The notes below the pieces were generated by a model, which did not search any database, was not told where the DNA came from, and worked only from the letters and a program-made list of their open reading frames with translations. From the NCBI GenBank assembly GCA_964036045.1, contig OZ038378.1, forward strand, positions 145,762,001 through 145,826,000: 64,000 bases of DNA. The letters run 5' to 3'. Source of the stretch: Eutreptiella sp. 'Long Island Sound 2002' (Eukaryota; Protista; Euglenida). Numbering within the stretch: position 1 is the stretch's first letter; each line of letters opens with the position of its first letter. Positions 38,226 through 50,689 of the stretch are shown one piece after another. Made by a program: the position numbers and the translations under genes.

Positions 38226-38631
38226 CTGGACCGACCCGTCCAGAGGGTCGGGCAGCCTCGCGAGGAAGTCCTTCGCTTTGGCCGCCACGAAGGCCGCGCT
38301 CTCCACATGTTCGCTTGCCTTGGGCTGCACGGCGACCAGGGCCTGGGCGAGGCGCTGGGACTCCCGCTGCCACACGACGCGCGCCCCGTTCGCGCCCAGC
38401 CCCAGGGCCGCGGGCGGGTCGTCGGCGGGCAGCTGCGACACGTGCGCCCGCAGGCGGTCGAGGTCGCAGCCCTCGACGGGGCCCGGGGGGTAGTACTGCC
38501 GGGCCGGGGCCCACTCGTAGCCGCCCGCCAGGCACTCGGGCCGCAGGAGGTGCGCGAGCAGCGTGTTCAGTGTGCGGCGGTCGATGTGGTCCGTGAGGTG
38601 GCCCCCCAGCACCAACTCGCCGAGGACGTAC
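38226..38631 (-). CDS. ART-NACHT-dynein fusion gene, exon 5 (AAA6 lid region)
   Basis: Acceptor TTCTCAG|G; (R)YVLGELVLGGHLTDHIDRRTL matches dynein LRYL.GE..YGG.VTD.WDRR; phase-0 donor CCAG|GTCTGC. Confidence 0.9.
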
Positions 38632-39545
38632 CTGAGAACACCCGCGGGGGCAGGGCTTGGCGCGAAGGGGCGGGGGTGCGATCGGGGAAATTCCAGAGCG
38701 GTTGCAGAGCGGCCGCAGGGGATGTGAAGCGGTTGGGGGGCGGTTACTGGCGGTTGGAAATGCGTTGGTTGGGGCGTCGGGGTATGGGAATTCCTTTGGG
38801 GTCAAGTCAGGGCCGCAGTGTTGGGGGGGAGGGGGTAATCCCCCCCTCCTTGAAGCGATTCCCTGCGCGGGGGGGGGGGGGTCATGGGTGGGGGGGTATA
38901 TGAACCAAATACCACAGGAATCGCGAGCAGTTCGCGCACTGCGGTCGATTTCACTGCCGCCCAACGTGGCATTTGGGTGTACGTTCGGCGAAGGTGGGCT
39001 TCTTCAGCATAACGTGGCGGTGTTTGGTGGTCTGGTTAGGATTTGGGGCAGTCGCGATGAAAACCGTCAACACTGGCTGTTGACCCCGGGTTTTCCCTTC
39101 GTGGAGCCCCCCAACCCCCATTGGCTTGTCTGACCCTGAAACCCACTTTTTTGTGCCTTCGGGCCCCCAAATAGAGGGGGCGGGGGTCCCAAGACCTCCC
39201 CCAAAGCGCACCCGCTGGCCTGGGTAGGGGGGCGAGAAGGGGGGGGGGGGTCTGGTATAAGCCGCACACACGCCCGCGGGGACTGCCAACGAGAAGAAAC
39301 CTTTTTGCGGAAACCGAACCGCTCGACATCTGGGGATTGTACAAGGCAATGCACGCAGACCTTTGGGGCCTGAACACGCCCTTCAGCCCCCCATTTGGAG
39401 GCAGGAGATCGCATGTTGGCGAGCCCACTTTTGCGTGCAAAACGGCAAATCCTCAGAAGATGCGGCGATTGAAGGCCAGCACACAGCTTTGGCCAGAAAA
39501 CATGACTGCGCATATCAATTGGGGGGGCGCTGAAGTGCAGTTCTA

Positions 39546-39857
39546 GAGGGTACGTTTGCCCGGCGCGCCCGGCATCCAAATGAACGTTCCAGCCATCTAT
39601 CGCAGTGCTTTACCCCCAAACATCACTCCCTCCTCTAGTCCGGGAACCCTAAGTACAAGCACCTTGTATGACTGTTGGCGATCAATGAAATTCCCATTTT
39701 TTCGCCCAATAAATGGGACGGTCACACGCACCCGACCCTTGTAGGCCCCATCATGGCCACCCACCTCAAAATCAAAGAATCCCCTTCTTGTGCGTGACGG
39801 ACCACTCGAGGGGCCAAAACTTTGCCCGGCGGATGCCCGGCGTTCTCGCATACTCTC
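39546..39857 (-). mobile_element. PIF/Harbinger-like derivative with a DDE fragment, inside dynein-gene intron 4
   Basis: Reads FDFEVGGHDGAYKGRVRVTVPFIGRKNG (near-identical to the 55420-55731 ORF); GCCCGGCG subterminal repeats; degenerate GAG(G/A)GTA(C/T)G ends. Confidence 0.7.
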
Positions 39858-40286
39858 CGAGACACGCAACCCCCGCGCGGGGGGGGGGGGGGTATTCTTT
39901 CGGACTTCGGGGGCATTTTTGGATTCTCTGTTTCATTTGGAGTATTTTGAATATACACGAGTCCGTGGGGTGAGATCTTCCTTCCCAATTTCACGTGTCA
40001 CATGGCTCAACAGCAGTTTCCGGGCGCCATTGGCCCCCACATTGCCTGTTCTCCATCGCTGGCCACTAGTCTGGGCTGGAAGGGGGGGGGGGGGCAAGAG
40101 GAGAGGGGGGGTCCGGTCTCACACGCAAGTGCTCCCCGGTGGATGGCACACAGCAATGCACGCAGACCCTGAGGGCCTGACACTCCCAATCGGAGGCTCG
40201 AGATCGCACGCAAAATGGCAAATCCTCAGAGGCCGCGCCGCCGAGGCTTGAGCCGGCAACCCACGGACCTCCCCGGGACCACGTAC

Positions 40287-43200
40287 CTGAGGGCGTTCAG
40301 CCCGTCCTCCGAGCCGCGTTGCTGGTCCCACTGCGGGCTCTGCCGGCGGAGGGACTCGAGGTGCATGAGGGCGGCGCGGGCCCCGCTGGCGGCGTCCTCG
40401 CACCGGAACTCGCCCACCGCGACCCAGCCCAACGGCCCGAACCGGCGCCGCTGGTCCGCAATGGCGTGGCACAGCACGACGGCGAAGATCAGCTGCTTCT
40501 CCCGGGCCGACCGCGCGTTCCACAGTTCATCCGGCGCGAGGGCCGCGAAGCGCTGCAGGAGCGCGCCGCGGACCCCCCGCGGGGGCTCGTCCGGGTACCG
40601 CAGGCTCAGCCGCAGGATGCCGATCGGGAACTGGGCCGTGTGGAGGACACTGCAGAAGAGACGGAAATCGCGATGCACCGCGCGACTGCTCTGGAGGTCG
40701 GCGACCGCGCGCTCCAAGACCGGCAGCCCCGCGGGGCTGCTCTCGCAGTTCTGGAGGAACACCCAGTGCCCCGCGCCCATCGCCGCGGGGAGCGCCGCGG
40801 CGCCGGGGCCCAGGAACTGCTCCATGTCCATCAGCGTCACGCGGTCCGCCATCGCCTTCTCGCGGGCGAAGGCCTCGAAGGCGGCCCGGCAGTCGGACCC
40901 GGCGGCCATCACGAAGACGATGGGCACGGCCGCCGCGGAGTACCGGAAGAGCTCCGCCAGAGGGACGGCGGGCGGCTGCAGCACCGCGGGGCCCAGGACC
41001 TCCAAAACCAGCTGCCGGAGCCCCAGCGCGAGCGACCCGGGGCGGAGCACCCGCGACAGGACCACCCGCTGCCACACCCCAAGCCCCAGCCCCCCCGGGG
41101 CCGGGGCCGCGGGGGGGCACTCCGCCTGCGCCCAGGCCTCCCACTCGCGGGGCCGCCCCGCCACCGCCCGGTCCACGCCCTCGAACCCCGCGAGCGCCCC
41201 GAGCGCCCGCAGCTGCGCCCACTGCCGGCGGGAGAGCCAGGGCGGGTGGCCGGCCCCGTCGCCCTCCCCCCCGTCCGGCCGCAGGAAGAACCCCCAGACC
41301 GGCCCCGAGATGGCGCCCTCGCGCGCGAGGACCTCGACGGCGAGCAGCACCGCCAGCAGCGCCCGGTCCGGCTCGTGGAGGCCGCGGCTGACGACGGCGT
41401 GGACGCGGGCGGTCGCGCCGGCCACGAGGGCCGGGACCCGCTCCGCACCGCCGGCCGGCGGGCCGAGGCCCTGCAGGGCCTTGCGGAACAGCCGCGCGAA
41501 CAGCTGCACGGAGCCGTGGTACATGTGGTCCAGGGCGGTCATCTTGGCGAGCGCGCGGTACATCAGGGCCCCCCGGCGGGCCACGGGGCGGTACTCCTCC
41601 GCGGCGGCCTCGGCCTCCGCCGCCACCGCCTGCAGCACGTCCGCCTGCCGCTGGGTCTCCTCGTACGTCTGCTGCGTGTGGGCGAGCGCGTGCGCCACGG
41701 CCTCGTCCTCGACCATCTCCCCGACCCGCGTCGCCAGCAGCGACAGCATCGTGTCCTCGAGCTCGCGCAGCTCCTGCCGGAGCCCGGGGTCGTGCGGCTC
41801 CGCCTCGTCGGCCGCCCCCGTCTCGTGCCGGACGACGGCCCCGAGCAGCTGGTCCTCGAGGGCCTCCGGGCCCACCGCGAAGTTGACGAGCGAGAGGTAC
41901 CCCTGGAGCGCGGCGGTGCAGTGGGGGTTGGCGGCGGTGGTGGTGAGGTACAGCCTGAAGCCCGGGTGGTAGTCCACCGCCGTGTCCCCGAGCTGCACCA
42001 TCACGCGGCCCAGGGTCTCGTAGACCCGCTTCTTGAGGAGCCCGTGCAGCGCCACCGGGACGGCCTCCGCGTCGCCCTCCAACAGAAACGGGAGCCCGGT
42101 CTCGATGCTCCTCCGGAGGGCGGCCGGCATGTCCGGGTCGGACGCGCGCGCGACCTGCAGGCCGCTCCCGCGCTCCATGTTCATGATCCACAGCCGGGCC
42201 TGCTGCTGCGGGTCGATCGCCAGGCTCCAGCTCGAGCTTTGGGTCAGGAGGACGGCGTTGTCCCGGGAGGTGCGGTCGGTGGGGAGGCCGTGCCGGCCCC
42301 ACTCCACGACCGCCAGCGGGTCCACCAACGCCCGCAGATCGAACGCCTCCTCGACCTGGACCCCCAGTTCGCCGCACTGCCGCGCCCAGTCCCGCAGCAG
42401 GTCCCGCCGGTAGACGTGGTCGAAGGGGCCGAGGTACGCGACGGCGCCCGCCGCCAGGAGCATGTCCCCTTTGAGCCGCTGCCGGGCCAGCCCGACGGTC
42501 CGCAGGCGCGCCTCCCACCGGCTCTTCTCGGGCGCGAGGGCCCGGACCAGGGCCGCCGCGCGCTCCCAACGCCCGTCGGCTCCGCCGGGGCCCGGGGCCC
42601 CGGCGGTGCCCTGCGCGACCATCTCCAGAGCGGTCAGCTGGTTCAGCCCCTGGCGGTACTTCTCCTGCTGCGCGTCCATGGCCTTGCCCCGCTCGTCCAG
42701 CAGCCGCACGTACGTGTCGAGCAGGCGGAGGAAGTGCCGGTTGGTCGTGTAGACCGGCCGCCTCAGGGCCTGGGAGAACTCCGCGGCCTTGCCCCGCACG
42801 GAGGCGTGCATGGCCGCGCACACGCGGCAGGCGACGGCGATGAACTCCGGGGCCTCGGCCTCCACGGCCCCGAGGACGTGCTCCGCGACGCGCAGCAGCG
42901 CCGGGCGGGACCACGGCTCGAGCCACACGATGTTCACGAGCTGCGAGAGGGCGGGGAACGTGCGGAAGCGCGCGCGGAGCTGGGCGCTCGAGGGCTGCAG
43001 CGCCAGGACGACGTGCACGTTCCTGCGGCACCGCTCTTCGAAGCGGGCGAGGTACGCGTCACCGGCGCTGGGCTCCGTCTGCCCCGATTTCCGGTCCATT
43101 GCACCGAAGAGAGTCGTGACAAGGTTGACGTCGTCGGGCTGCAGACCGCCCGCGAGCTGCGCGGTGGTCAGGAAATTGTTGATGTCGCTCAGAAACGCCT

Positions 43201-46200
43201 CCTCGACGATGTGCGTCTCCTCCATGAACACCACCACCTCGCGATCGTGGCACCCGGCCTCCATCGCCGCCGCCTTGAGGTCGCGGCGGAACTCCGCCAG
43301 CGCGTACCCGCTCGAAACCGCCCGGATCTCGCGCAGCTCCAGCCCCTTCATGAAGGCCGCCAGCCGCGTGAACAGCCGGCACCCGGACCCCGGCTCGCCC
43401 ACCAACAGGGCGCTGCCCCCGGGGAGACGGAGGACGCGGGCCACCTTGATCAGGTGGAGGACGGCTTCCTCGAGGAGGATCATGTTCAGCTGCTGGTGCG
43501 AGGCCGTGACGTGCATGTTGTAGGAGGCCAGGACGCCGGTCAGGGTATCGTAGATGGGGCCCAGGGCCTCGGCCTCCCGATAGTACGTGGTGCTCGCGGA
43601 GGTGCGGTCGAGGAAGTCGCAGAACACCAGGCGCTCGTAGCCGGGGGCCCAGGCGGTGGCGAAGTGCTGCTCCACGAGCGGCGGCAGGGCGCGCCACCAC
43701 CACCGCCGGTCCTCGTCCGCGCACAGGGGGTCGTGGAACACGCGGGTGCATTCGTGGATCCACAGCCTCAGGAGCGAGTCCGCCGTGCTGCAGTGGGCGG
43801 GCTGCACGGAATGCATCCCCTGGAACACGCGCTTGATCTGGTGGACGGAGTACGTGTAGTGGGGCTTGAGAGGCGTGGGGCGCATGGCATCGATCAGGGC
43901 CTCATAGACACCGATGGTCGCGCGCACCATCGCCGTGACCAGCCCCGCGACCTCCGGGGCGAAATTCGCGAAATGCCCTCCGTTGACCACCTGGAAGACC
44001 CGGTTCAGCGACGCCGGGCCCAAGGGCGCGGACGCGAGGCAGTGGAATCGGGACACGAGGCGCGTCGGGAGCACGCTGCGGCACCCACCTGGCGGAGCGC
44101 ACGCGGCTATGAGGGACAGCCCCTGGATCGTTCGCCAGTGCAGCCGGTCACAATCGTAGAACCCGCCATCGCCACGAATCTGCCGCAGGAGCTCAATTGA
44201 AGGGCACGTCCCAGAGCGCTCAAGGGCGGGCAAATTGACGTCATCCACGAATATCAACGTCCTCCGGCCCTGAGGCCCTGCGAGGACGTCCTCGGAAATC
44301 CAGTGCATGCGCGCCTCGATCCAACGCTGCAGATCCCCAGAGGAGGTGCGCAGGCCCATTTTGAAGTGGAAGGCCGCGTGCGCGAGCGTCGGGAGCAGGG
44401 CGGACACGGCGGTGGTCTTGCCGCCCGTAGGACCGTTGATAAGGACGCCGCGGTCCACCCGCAGGAGGTTGGTGAGGAGCGTGTGGAATATCACCGTCTC
44501 GACCGTGGGCACGAACGCGCGACTGTCCGTTGCGGCACTCAGTTCGCCGAGCGGGGGGAGCAGCTCCGTCCACCGGGCGAAGCTCATGGACTCGGGCCGG
44601 AAGCACCAGTCGTACACCGTGTGTTCCTCCGGAAAGGCGTCGCACACCGCCTGCACGACGGGCAGCAGCGCGGCGTGGCACTTCGCACGATCTGCGGCAA
44701 CGACGTTGCCGCACAGCGACCACACGAAGCTCAACGCAAGATACGCGTCGAAGACCCGCGCACGATCTGCGGACCGGCCGCTGCCATCCGCCGGTTCAGA
44801 CGCCGGTGAACCACACGCCGAGGTCAGCGGGCTTGCGGCCGGGCCGCTGGAGCGTCGCGCGCGCACGACGGCATCGAGGCTGCGGGGGCTGCCGCTTTCA
44901 TCCTCGTCCTCACTCGCCAGGAACGACGCCACCATAATGAGCAGCGATTCCACACGCTGCGCCTCCACCGTGGCGATGTCCTCCTTCGTGTTGGCCCGCA
45001 CAAACGCCAGCACGGGGTCGCAGTGCTCCGTGAGGACCTCCCAGGCCCGCCCCTGCAACCACCGACCGCCGTACGTGCCGGCCAGTGCCTCGCCACGGCA
45101 CCGGGCGATGGTGCGCCAGCCCTCCAAGTGGCTGGGTTCGAGACTCAGGACGCCGCAGCGGGAGATCAAGGCCGGAGTGGCCAGGGCTGTGCTGTCGGTC
45201 TCGAGGATGATGCGCATCGTACTCGGCATTTTGAGGGCCTCCCCCGTCCACAAGGTCAGGCACTTGTTGTCGTCGAGCATCGTCATCAGACCCGAGGCCC
45301 ACGACGGGTCCGGGCTGCCGTCCAGCACGATCCACGTGGCGGTGTCCGCGCTGGCGACGCCCTGGCGCACGCGATGCGCCAGCAGCCCGTCGCGCCAGGC
45401 GCCCGTCGCGGGGTCCGACCGCCCGTACAGCTCCGCGCAGGCGACCGCCGAGGGGTTGATGGCGCACGCCGCCACCCCGCGGCCGGCGTCGGCGGCGTGC
45501 AGCTCCGGGAACGCGCGCGCCACGGCCCTCCATGCCTCGGTCTTGCCGCTCATGGAGGGGCCCACGAGGACTAGCCCGTGCCGGACGAGGAGCGTGTTGT
45601 GCAGGGCCACGAGCTTCGCCACGAAGTCCGGCGGGGCGGCGCGGCCGTGGCGGTCCAGCGCGCGCCGGAGCACCGTCTCCAGCGCGGTGCCCTGCGCCGC
45701 CTCCGCGACGCGAACCCCCGGGAAGCACGACCTCAGGATCTCTCCGAAGACGGCCACGTCGGCGTCGACGAGGATCGGGAGCCACTGCCGGCGCAGCGCC
45801 TGGACGACCTGGGCCGCCTCGTCCTCCCCCGGCGCCGCCTGGCGCTGCTGCCCGGCCACTTTGCAGCACGCCTTGACCGCCCGCATCCCGAAGTCGTAGT
45901 GGTGCTGCCGGGACAACTGCACCGCGCTCATCCGCAGGACCTGGACTAGCCCCCGGGCGAGGGCGGCGGCGCGGCGGTAGCCCTCGCAGTACAAATTGTA
46001 CTTCGCGACGACCTCGTAGTCCGGGAGCACCATGGCGCAGGGGCGCAGCACGGCCTTCAGGGCCTCCGGCACCTCCGTGCCGCCCGCGCACCCGGGGTTG
46101 ATCGTGGCGAACAGGCCGAACGAGGCCTTGAGGGGGAGCCGCCGCCCGTCGAACCAGAGCAGCGCCTGCCGCGCGCGCAGGGCGCTGTAGACGGCGGTCG

Positions 46201-47872
46201 CCAGCGCGGCGAACGGGAACAGCACGTCGATGGCGATCCGGTTGAACTGGTCGAAGATGACCCACCCCCCCATCTGCGCGGCGGCGGCGGTCAGCCGCGA
46301 CAGCACCGCGAGCGCCATCCCGTCGTGGGCGTTGACGACGAAGAAGGGCCGGCCCGCGAGCTGCGCGAGGCCCTTCGCGGTCTCGGTCTTGCCCGTGCCC
46401 GCGGGGCCCACCATTCCCACGCCCATACCGGACTGCACGGCCTGCGCGAGGGCCAGCCAGGCGCGGCCGGTGACCGGCGTCCGGACCAGCAGCGCCCCGG
46501 ATCCGTCGTTGTACTCGTACCCGTGCGCCAGGGAGACGGAGCCGAGGTCCAGGAACACGGCCCCCTCGTGCAGGCGGTAGCGCGCCTGCGACACCCACTG
46601 GAACGACTCCGCCGTCGCGCCCTCGGCCCGGGACGCTTTGGCGCGCGCCGCGTGATCCCCCAACACGTTGATCAGGGCGTACAGGACACGCCGCTGCAAC
46701 GCCGTGAGCCCCGTCCGGGTGCGGTCCACCACCTCCTCGAACCGGTTCTGGAGGGTGCCGCAGGCCGCCGCCAACGCGCCGGGGTCCGCCGCCGCGTTGG
46801 CGAACGCGGCCTCCATCGTCTGCACGTACCCGATCGCGGTGGCCACCAGGACGCACTGGAGCGGGAACGACCAGTACCACAGCGGGCGCGGCATGGTCGC
46901 GTGCGCCTCCACGGCAGCGACCACTTGCTGGCGGACGGTTTGCCGGATGGCGTCCTCCAAGCAATTGGTCCAGGAGTCCAGCGCTTCGCCCTTGCACTGG
47001 ACGGCGTCCACAAACGTCACCGTCTCCCCGATTTTGCTACGCACCCCGCGAATGGCCTCCGGCGAGCCCACATCGGCCGCCGGCTCAGACATGAGATCGT
47101 GAACATCGGGAAAGAGGCCCACAACGGGCCGCACGTCCCCGTCGAGGAGCGCGTACAAGTCGGTGCTGGACACGCACCAGAGGCGCGGGGAGGCCCGCTG
47201 CTTGTCCTCGAGGAACGAGTCGTGGAAGGCCCGGCTTGCCTCCATAACGCACCGCGCGTCCTGCAGAAGGGCCGGCAGCCCTGCGGGCGCGCTGAGTTGG
47301 GCCACGTTCGCGGTGTAGCGCGCGCGCGCGTTGAGGGTGCAGAGCTGCGCGGCGGCGCCCGCGAAGGCCTTGGCCTCGGCCGGGCACTGCCGCTGTATCA
47401 CGGCCATGTCGAAGAATTCGTGCAGGGCCATCCAGTGGGACTGCACCGCCTGCCACTCTGCGACCACGCGCTGCATGAGCTCAAGCCGCTCGATCAGCGC
47501 GTCCGCGCGCGGCCGCATCGTCTCGGTCAGCAGCGGCGACGCGCGGCACGCGCGCGCGGTCATCAGGTTGTCCTCCAGTCCGGCGGTGACGGCCTCCCAC
47601 CCGGAGACCGTGTACCAGTCCCCCGCAGCGCCACGAAGCGGGTGGGTCTGGACCTCCAGGGCCTGGCACGCCTCCCCCGCCCGGGACAGGGACGTCGCGA
47701 GGTCCTGCTCTTTGGTGGCCGCCGCCGACTGCTCGTCGACCAGGCCCTTGTGCTCTGCGATGTGGCACGCCCACAAGTCCTGCAGCGTGAACGGGTCGTC
47801 GGCGGAGAACGGCGCCTGCAACCGCGTCAAGATCTGGGCCCAGTGCTTCTTCTGCAGGGCCCTGTTGCCCAC
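40287..47872 (-). CDS. ART-NACHT-dynein fusion gene, exon 4 (DHC_N2/linker, AAA1-AAA6; stalk deleted)
   Basis: 7586-nt open exon: GPAGTGKTETAK (AAA1), GPSMSGKT (AAA2), FVDDVNLP..IELLRQ (AAA3), ALLVGEPGSG (AAA4), GDMLLAAGAVAYLGPF and AIDPQQQA (AAA5), HWVFLQNC (AAA6). Confidence 0.95.
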
Positions 47873-48373
47873 CTGCATCGAAAGGGCCGCGAATCACGTG
47901 CAAAGAGTACCCACGTCCTTGTGTAAAGGGGGTGCGGCAGGGGTGGATGTAGTGAGGGGGGGGAGGGCAGGTCTCAAAGCGCTCTACACATGCACGTCCT
48001 GGTATGCATATGCAGCAATGTCCGGCAGTTCCACAAGATCATTGGTATGATACACGTGTGCTACCATACAATTGTCTGCACCTGATGGCCTTTGTTTTGT
48101 CAACACAACCGTGTTTGTATGCTACAGTACAGTGAGGTGGGGAGGGCGGGGGTTTGCAGAAGGGGGACATTTGTGCGCGCGCCTCGATTCCCCCTTCCGG
48201 GCAGAACGGCTTGGAGCTCCATACGCATTGCCCGCTTTGGAGGTCCAGCATCGATGGGGGGGGCGGGGGGTATTGGGCGGCAGTATCAGTGTTCGGTTCG
48301 CTTTATTTTTGACTGCATTTGGGGTCGGTGCTCTTTTGGATCGGGCTCCGTGTTTGGGGGGTTGGTGCCACAC

Positions 48374-48841
48374 CTGCATCAAGATCGGGAGGTACGCCTT
48401 CCCGTCGCGGATGGAGGCCAACAGGAGCCGGACCAAGGGCTCGTCGTGCGTCATCTCGTCCTGCATCATCATCTGCAACTCAAAGGCCCTCTGATAGTGC
48501 GCCCCCACGCCGTCGCTCACGCTCCGCACGTCCAGTCCCGTCACGGGCGCGGTGAGCCACAGCCGCTGCTCCCGGCGCCAGGACGCCAGCAGCGCCCACA
48601 CGGCGCTCCGGTGCGTGTGCCGCTTCTGAATGGCCTGGAGGGTGGCCTGGAGGGCCGCGTGCTCCTCGGCGCCCTCGAGCACGTCGCCCAGCAGCGTGAT
48701 GCTGTTGGCCGCCCGTAGGGCCTGGGCCCGCGCCCCGTTGTGGGACGCCTCGAGGGTCCGCAGCAGCGCCTCCCGGACCCCCGTCAGGTCCTCCCCACCG
48801 CCCTTGAGCATCCGGTAGATCTGGCGGAAATACCGCCGGAC
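48374..48841 (-). CDS. ART-NACHT-dynein fusion gene, exon 3 (NACHT tail into start of DHC_N2)
   Basis: Acceptor TTTCCCTCGCAG|GTC, donor ATGCAG|GTGTGG, 156 codons, phase 0 at both ends. AVWALLASW...WLTAPVTGLDV...IRDGKAYLPILMQ joins VGNRALQKKHW, the dynein LP....L.N.AL..RHW motif. Confidence 0.8.
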
Positions 48842-49282
48842 CTGCGAGGGAAACGGAGATTGCGTCCGGAAACAAGCGGGCGTTGTCTTACGTAGGTCGC
48901 GGGCTCCAGGGGATCGATCCACTCGAGGGGCCACCAAAAGCGGGGATTGTGAGCTCGTATCCCCAGCTCGAGGGGCCACCACTGTCACTTTTTTTTTCAA
49001 ACGCGCCCTACCGCAAAAGAACAAATACGCGCACCACAACCAGCGGGGCCTTAAGAGAAAAAAAAAAGCGTCCCTGAACGGCAGTTTTGCAAAAAGACCA
49101 CGTGTAGCTGATGTGCTCAACCATGGTTGGTGGTGATTGGCGGTTGGCGGTTGGTCGCCGCTGGCGGTTGGCGGCGGTGGGCGGTTGGTGGTCCCTTGGG
49201 GCGATCCTTGAGGGCGGTCCCCCCCCCCCAAAAAAACATCCAGTTCCTACAGGACCCCCCCTGACCACAACAGACATCGGAC

Positions 49283-50656
49283 CTGCTGGTCCTCGTGCAG
49301 CTGGATCTCCCCCAGGCTCTTGACGCTGCGGCGCCTGATGTGGTGCAGCAGGTAATGCGCCACGAGGTACTCCTGCAGGCTCTTGTGGCGGAAGCTGTAC
49401 GTCGCCTCCGGCGTGAAGTTGGCGACGCGCAGGGGGCAGCTCCGGAACAGGCGGTCCTCGCACAGGGCCCCCACGGTCCCGTGGGTCATGCCCCGCCGGT
49501 GCAGCGTCCAGGCCAGCGCCCCCGCGTACGCCACGCACTCCGGGATCTGCGCGGCCGCGTGCCCCTTCAGGCAGAACCAGCCCCGGATCCACTGCTCGTA
49601 CAAGTGGCCCTCGCTGCGGAACGTGTCCGCGTCGCGGCGGTTCTGGCAGTGCAGGTCCATGGCCATGAACAACTGGAACGGGTTGGCGAGGACCTTCGCG
49701 ATGGGGCAGCCCTGGATGATGCCCAGCACCTCCGTGGTCTCGGGGCTGGGCCCCGCGCACTCCGCGGCCTCCTCCGGCGCCTCCCGGTCCTCCGGCGTCG
49801 CCGCGTCGCCGCGCTGCGCGCGCGACCCCGCGTGCATCTGTCGGATGCGGCAATCCACGTACTGCGCCATTTGCCGGTGGTTGAAGGGCAGCAGGAACAG
49901 GGACTGGAAATCGTGGCCCATGCAGTTGCCGAACTTGTGCATGGCCTCGACGCGGCACGTCACGATCAGTTTCACACTCTGCCACTCCTCGAAGGCGTTG
50001 AGGGCCATCCACGTGCGCGCGGGCGGCTCGTCGCGGTGGTCCACCTCGTCGAGGCTGTCAAGGACCAGGACCACATTGCGCAGCCGGAGCTCCGCCATCG
50101 CGCCATCCGCGAACCCGAACGCGGACTGGAGGTAATCGACGATACCGTTGGGGTCGAAGACGGTCGCGCGCCCGTCGCGCTTCACGGAGGGCAGGGACAC
50201 GAACAGCCACACCCACCCGTCCCGCTCGCAGTCCTTGGCCAAATGCAGTGCGCAGGTGGTCTTGCCCATGCCCGCCTGCGCGGCAATCAGCAGCACGCTG
50301 TTCTGGCTCCGCAGCAACGCCGTGACCTCCTCATCCAGCGGGACCTGCGTGACGGAACTGCGGTAGCGTTTGGCCAGCGGCGGGACGTAGTTCTGCAGCA
50401 GGTTGTCGTAGATGAACCCGATCTGAGACAGGGCGTTCAGGTGCAGGTGGAGGGGCAGGGCCGCCGAGCCGGACTTGAACGTGATGATGTTGAAGTTGAG
50501 GGAGAGCATCTGCAGGATCGAGGCCGGGACCGCCGAGCACACCTCCAGCTCCAGGTTGGCGCTGTGCAGGAACTCCATCTCCTCAGGGAAAACGGACGCG
50601 AAGAACACGGCCTTGGCGGACTGGGACAGGACCATGCAGTAGGTCCCCTTCGTGAC
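49283..50656 (-). CDS. ART-NACHT-dynein fusion gene, exon 2 (ART catalytic end plus NACHT/STAND NTPase)
   Basis: SVFPEEMEFL (ART E-x-E); Walker A AQAGMGKTT, Walker B VLVLDSLDEV, KLIVTCR, LLPFN, LANPFQL, YSFRHKSLQEYLVAHYL (NACHT winged helix); 458 codons, phase 0. Confidence 0.85.
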
Positions 50657-50689
50657 CTGCATGGTGCATTTGGTAAACCCAGTCCCTCA

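Noticed and set aside
40215-47926. Long overlapping ORFs opposite the dynein exon (1293, 834, 585, 533 aa)
   Set aside because: Typical antisense shadows of GC3-rich coding DNA.
49247-50662. Stand-alone NACHT gene starting at ATG 50662
   Set aside because: The ATG is part of the acceptor ATGCAG|, and the N-terminus holds only the second half of an ART domain completed by exon 1.
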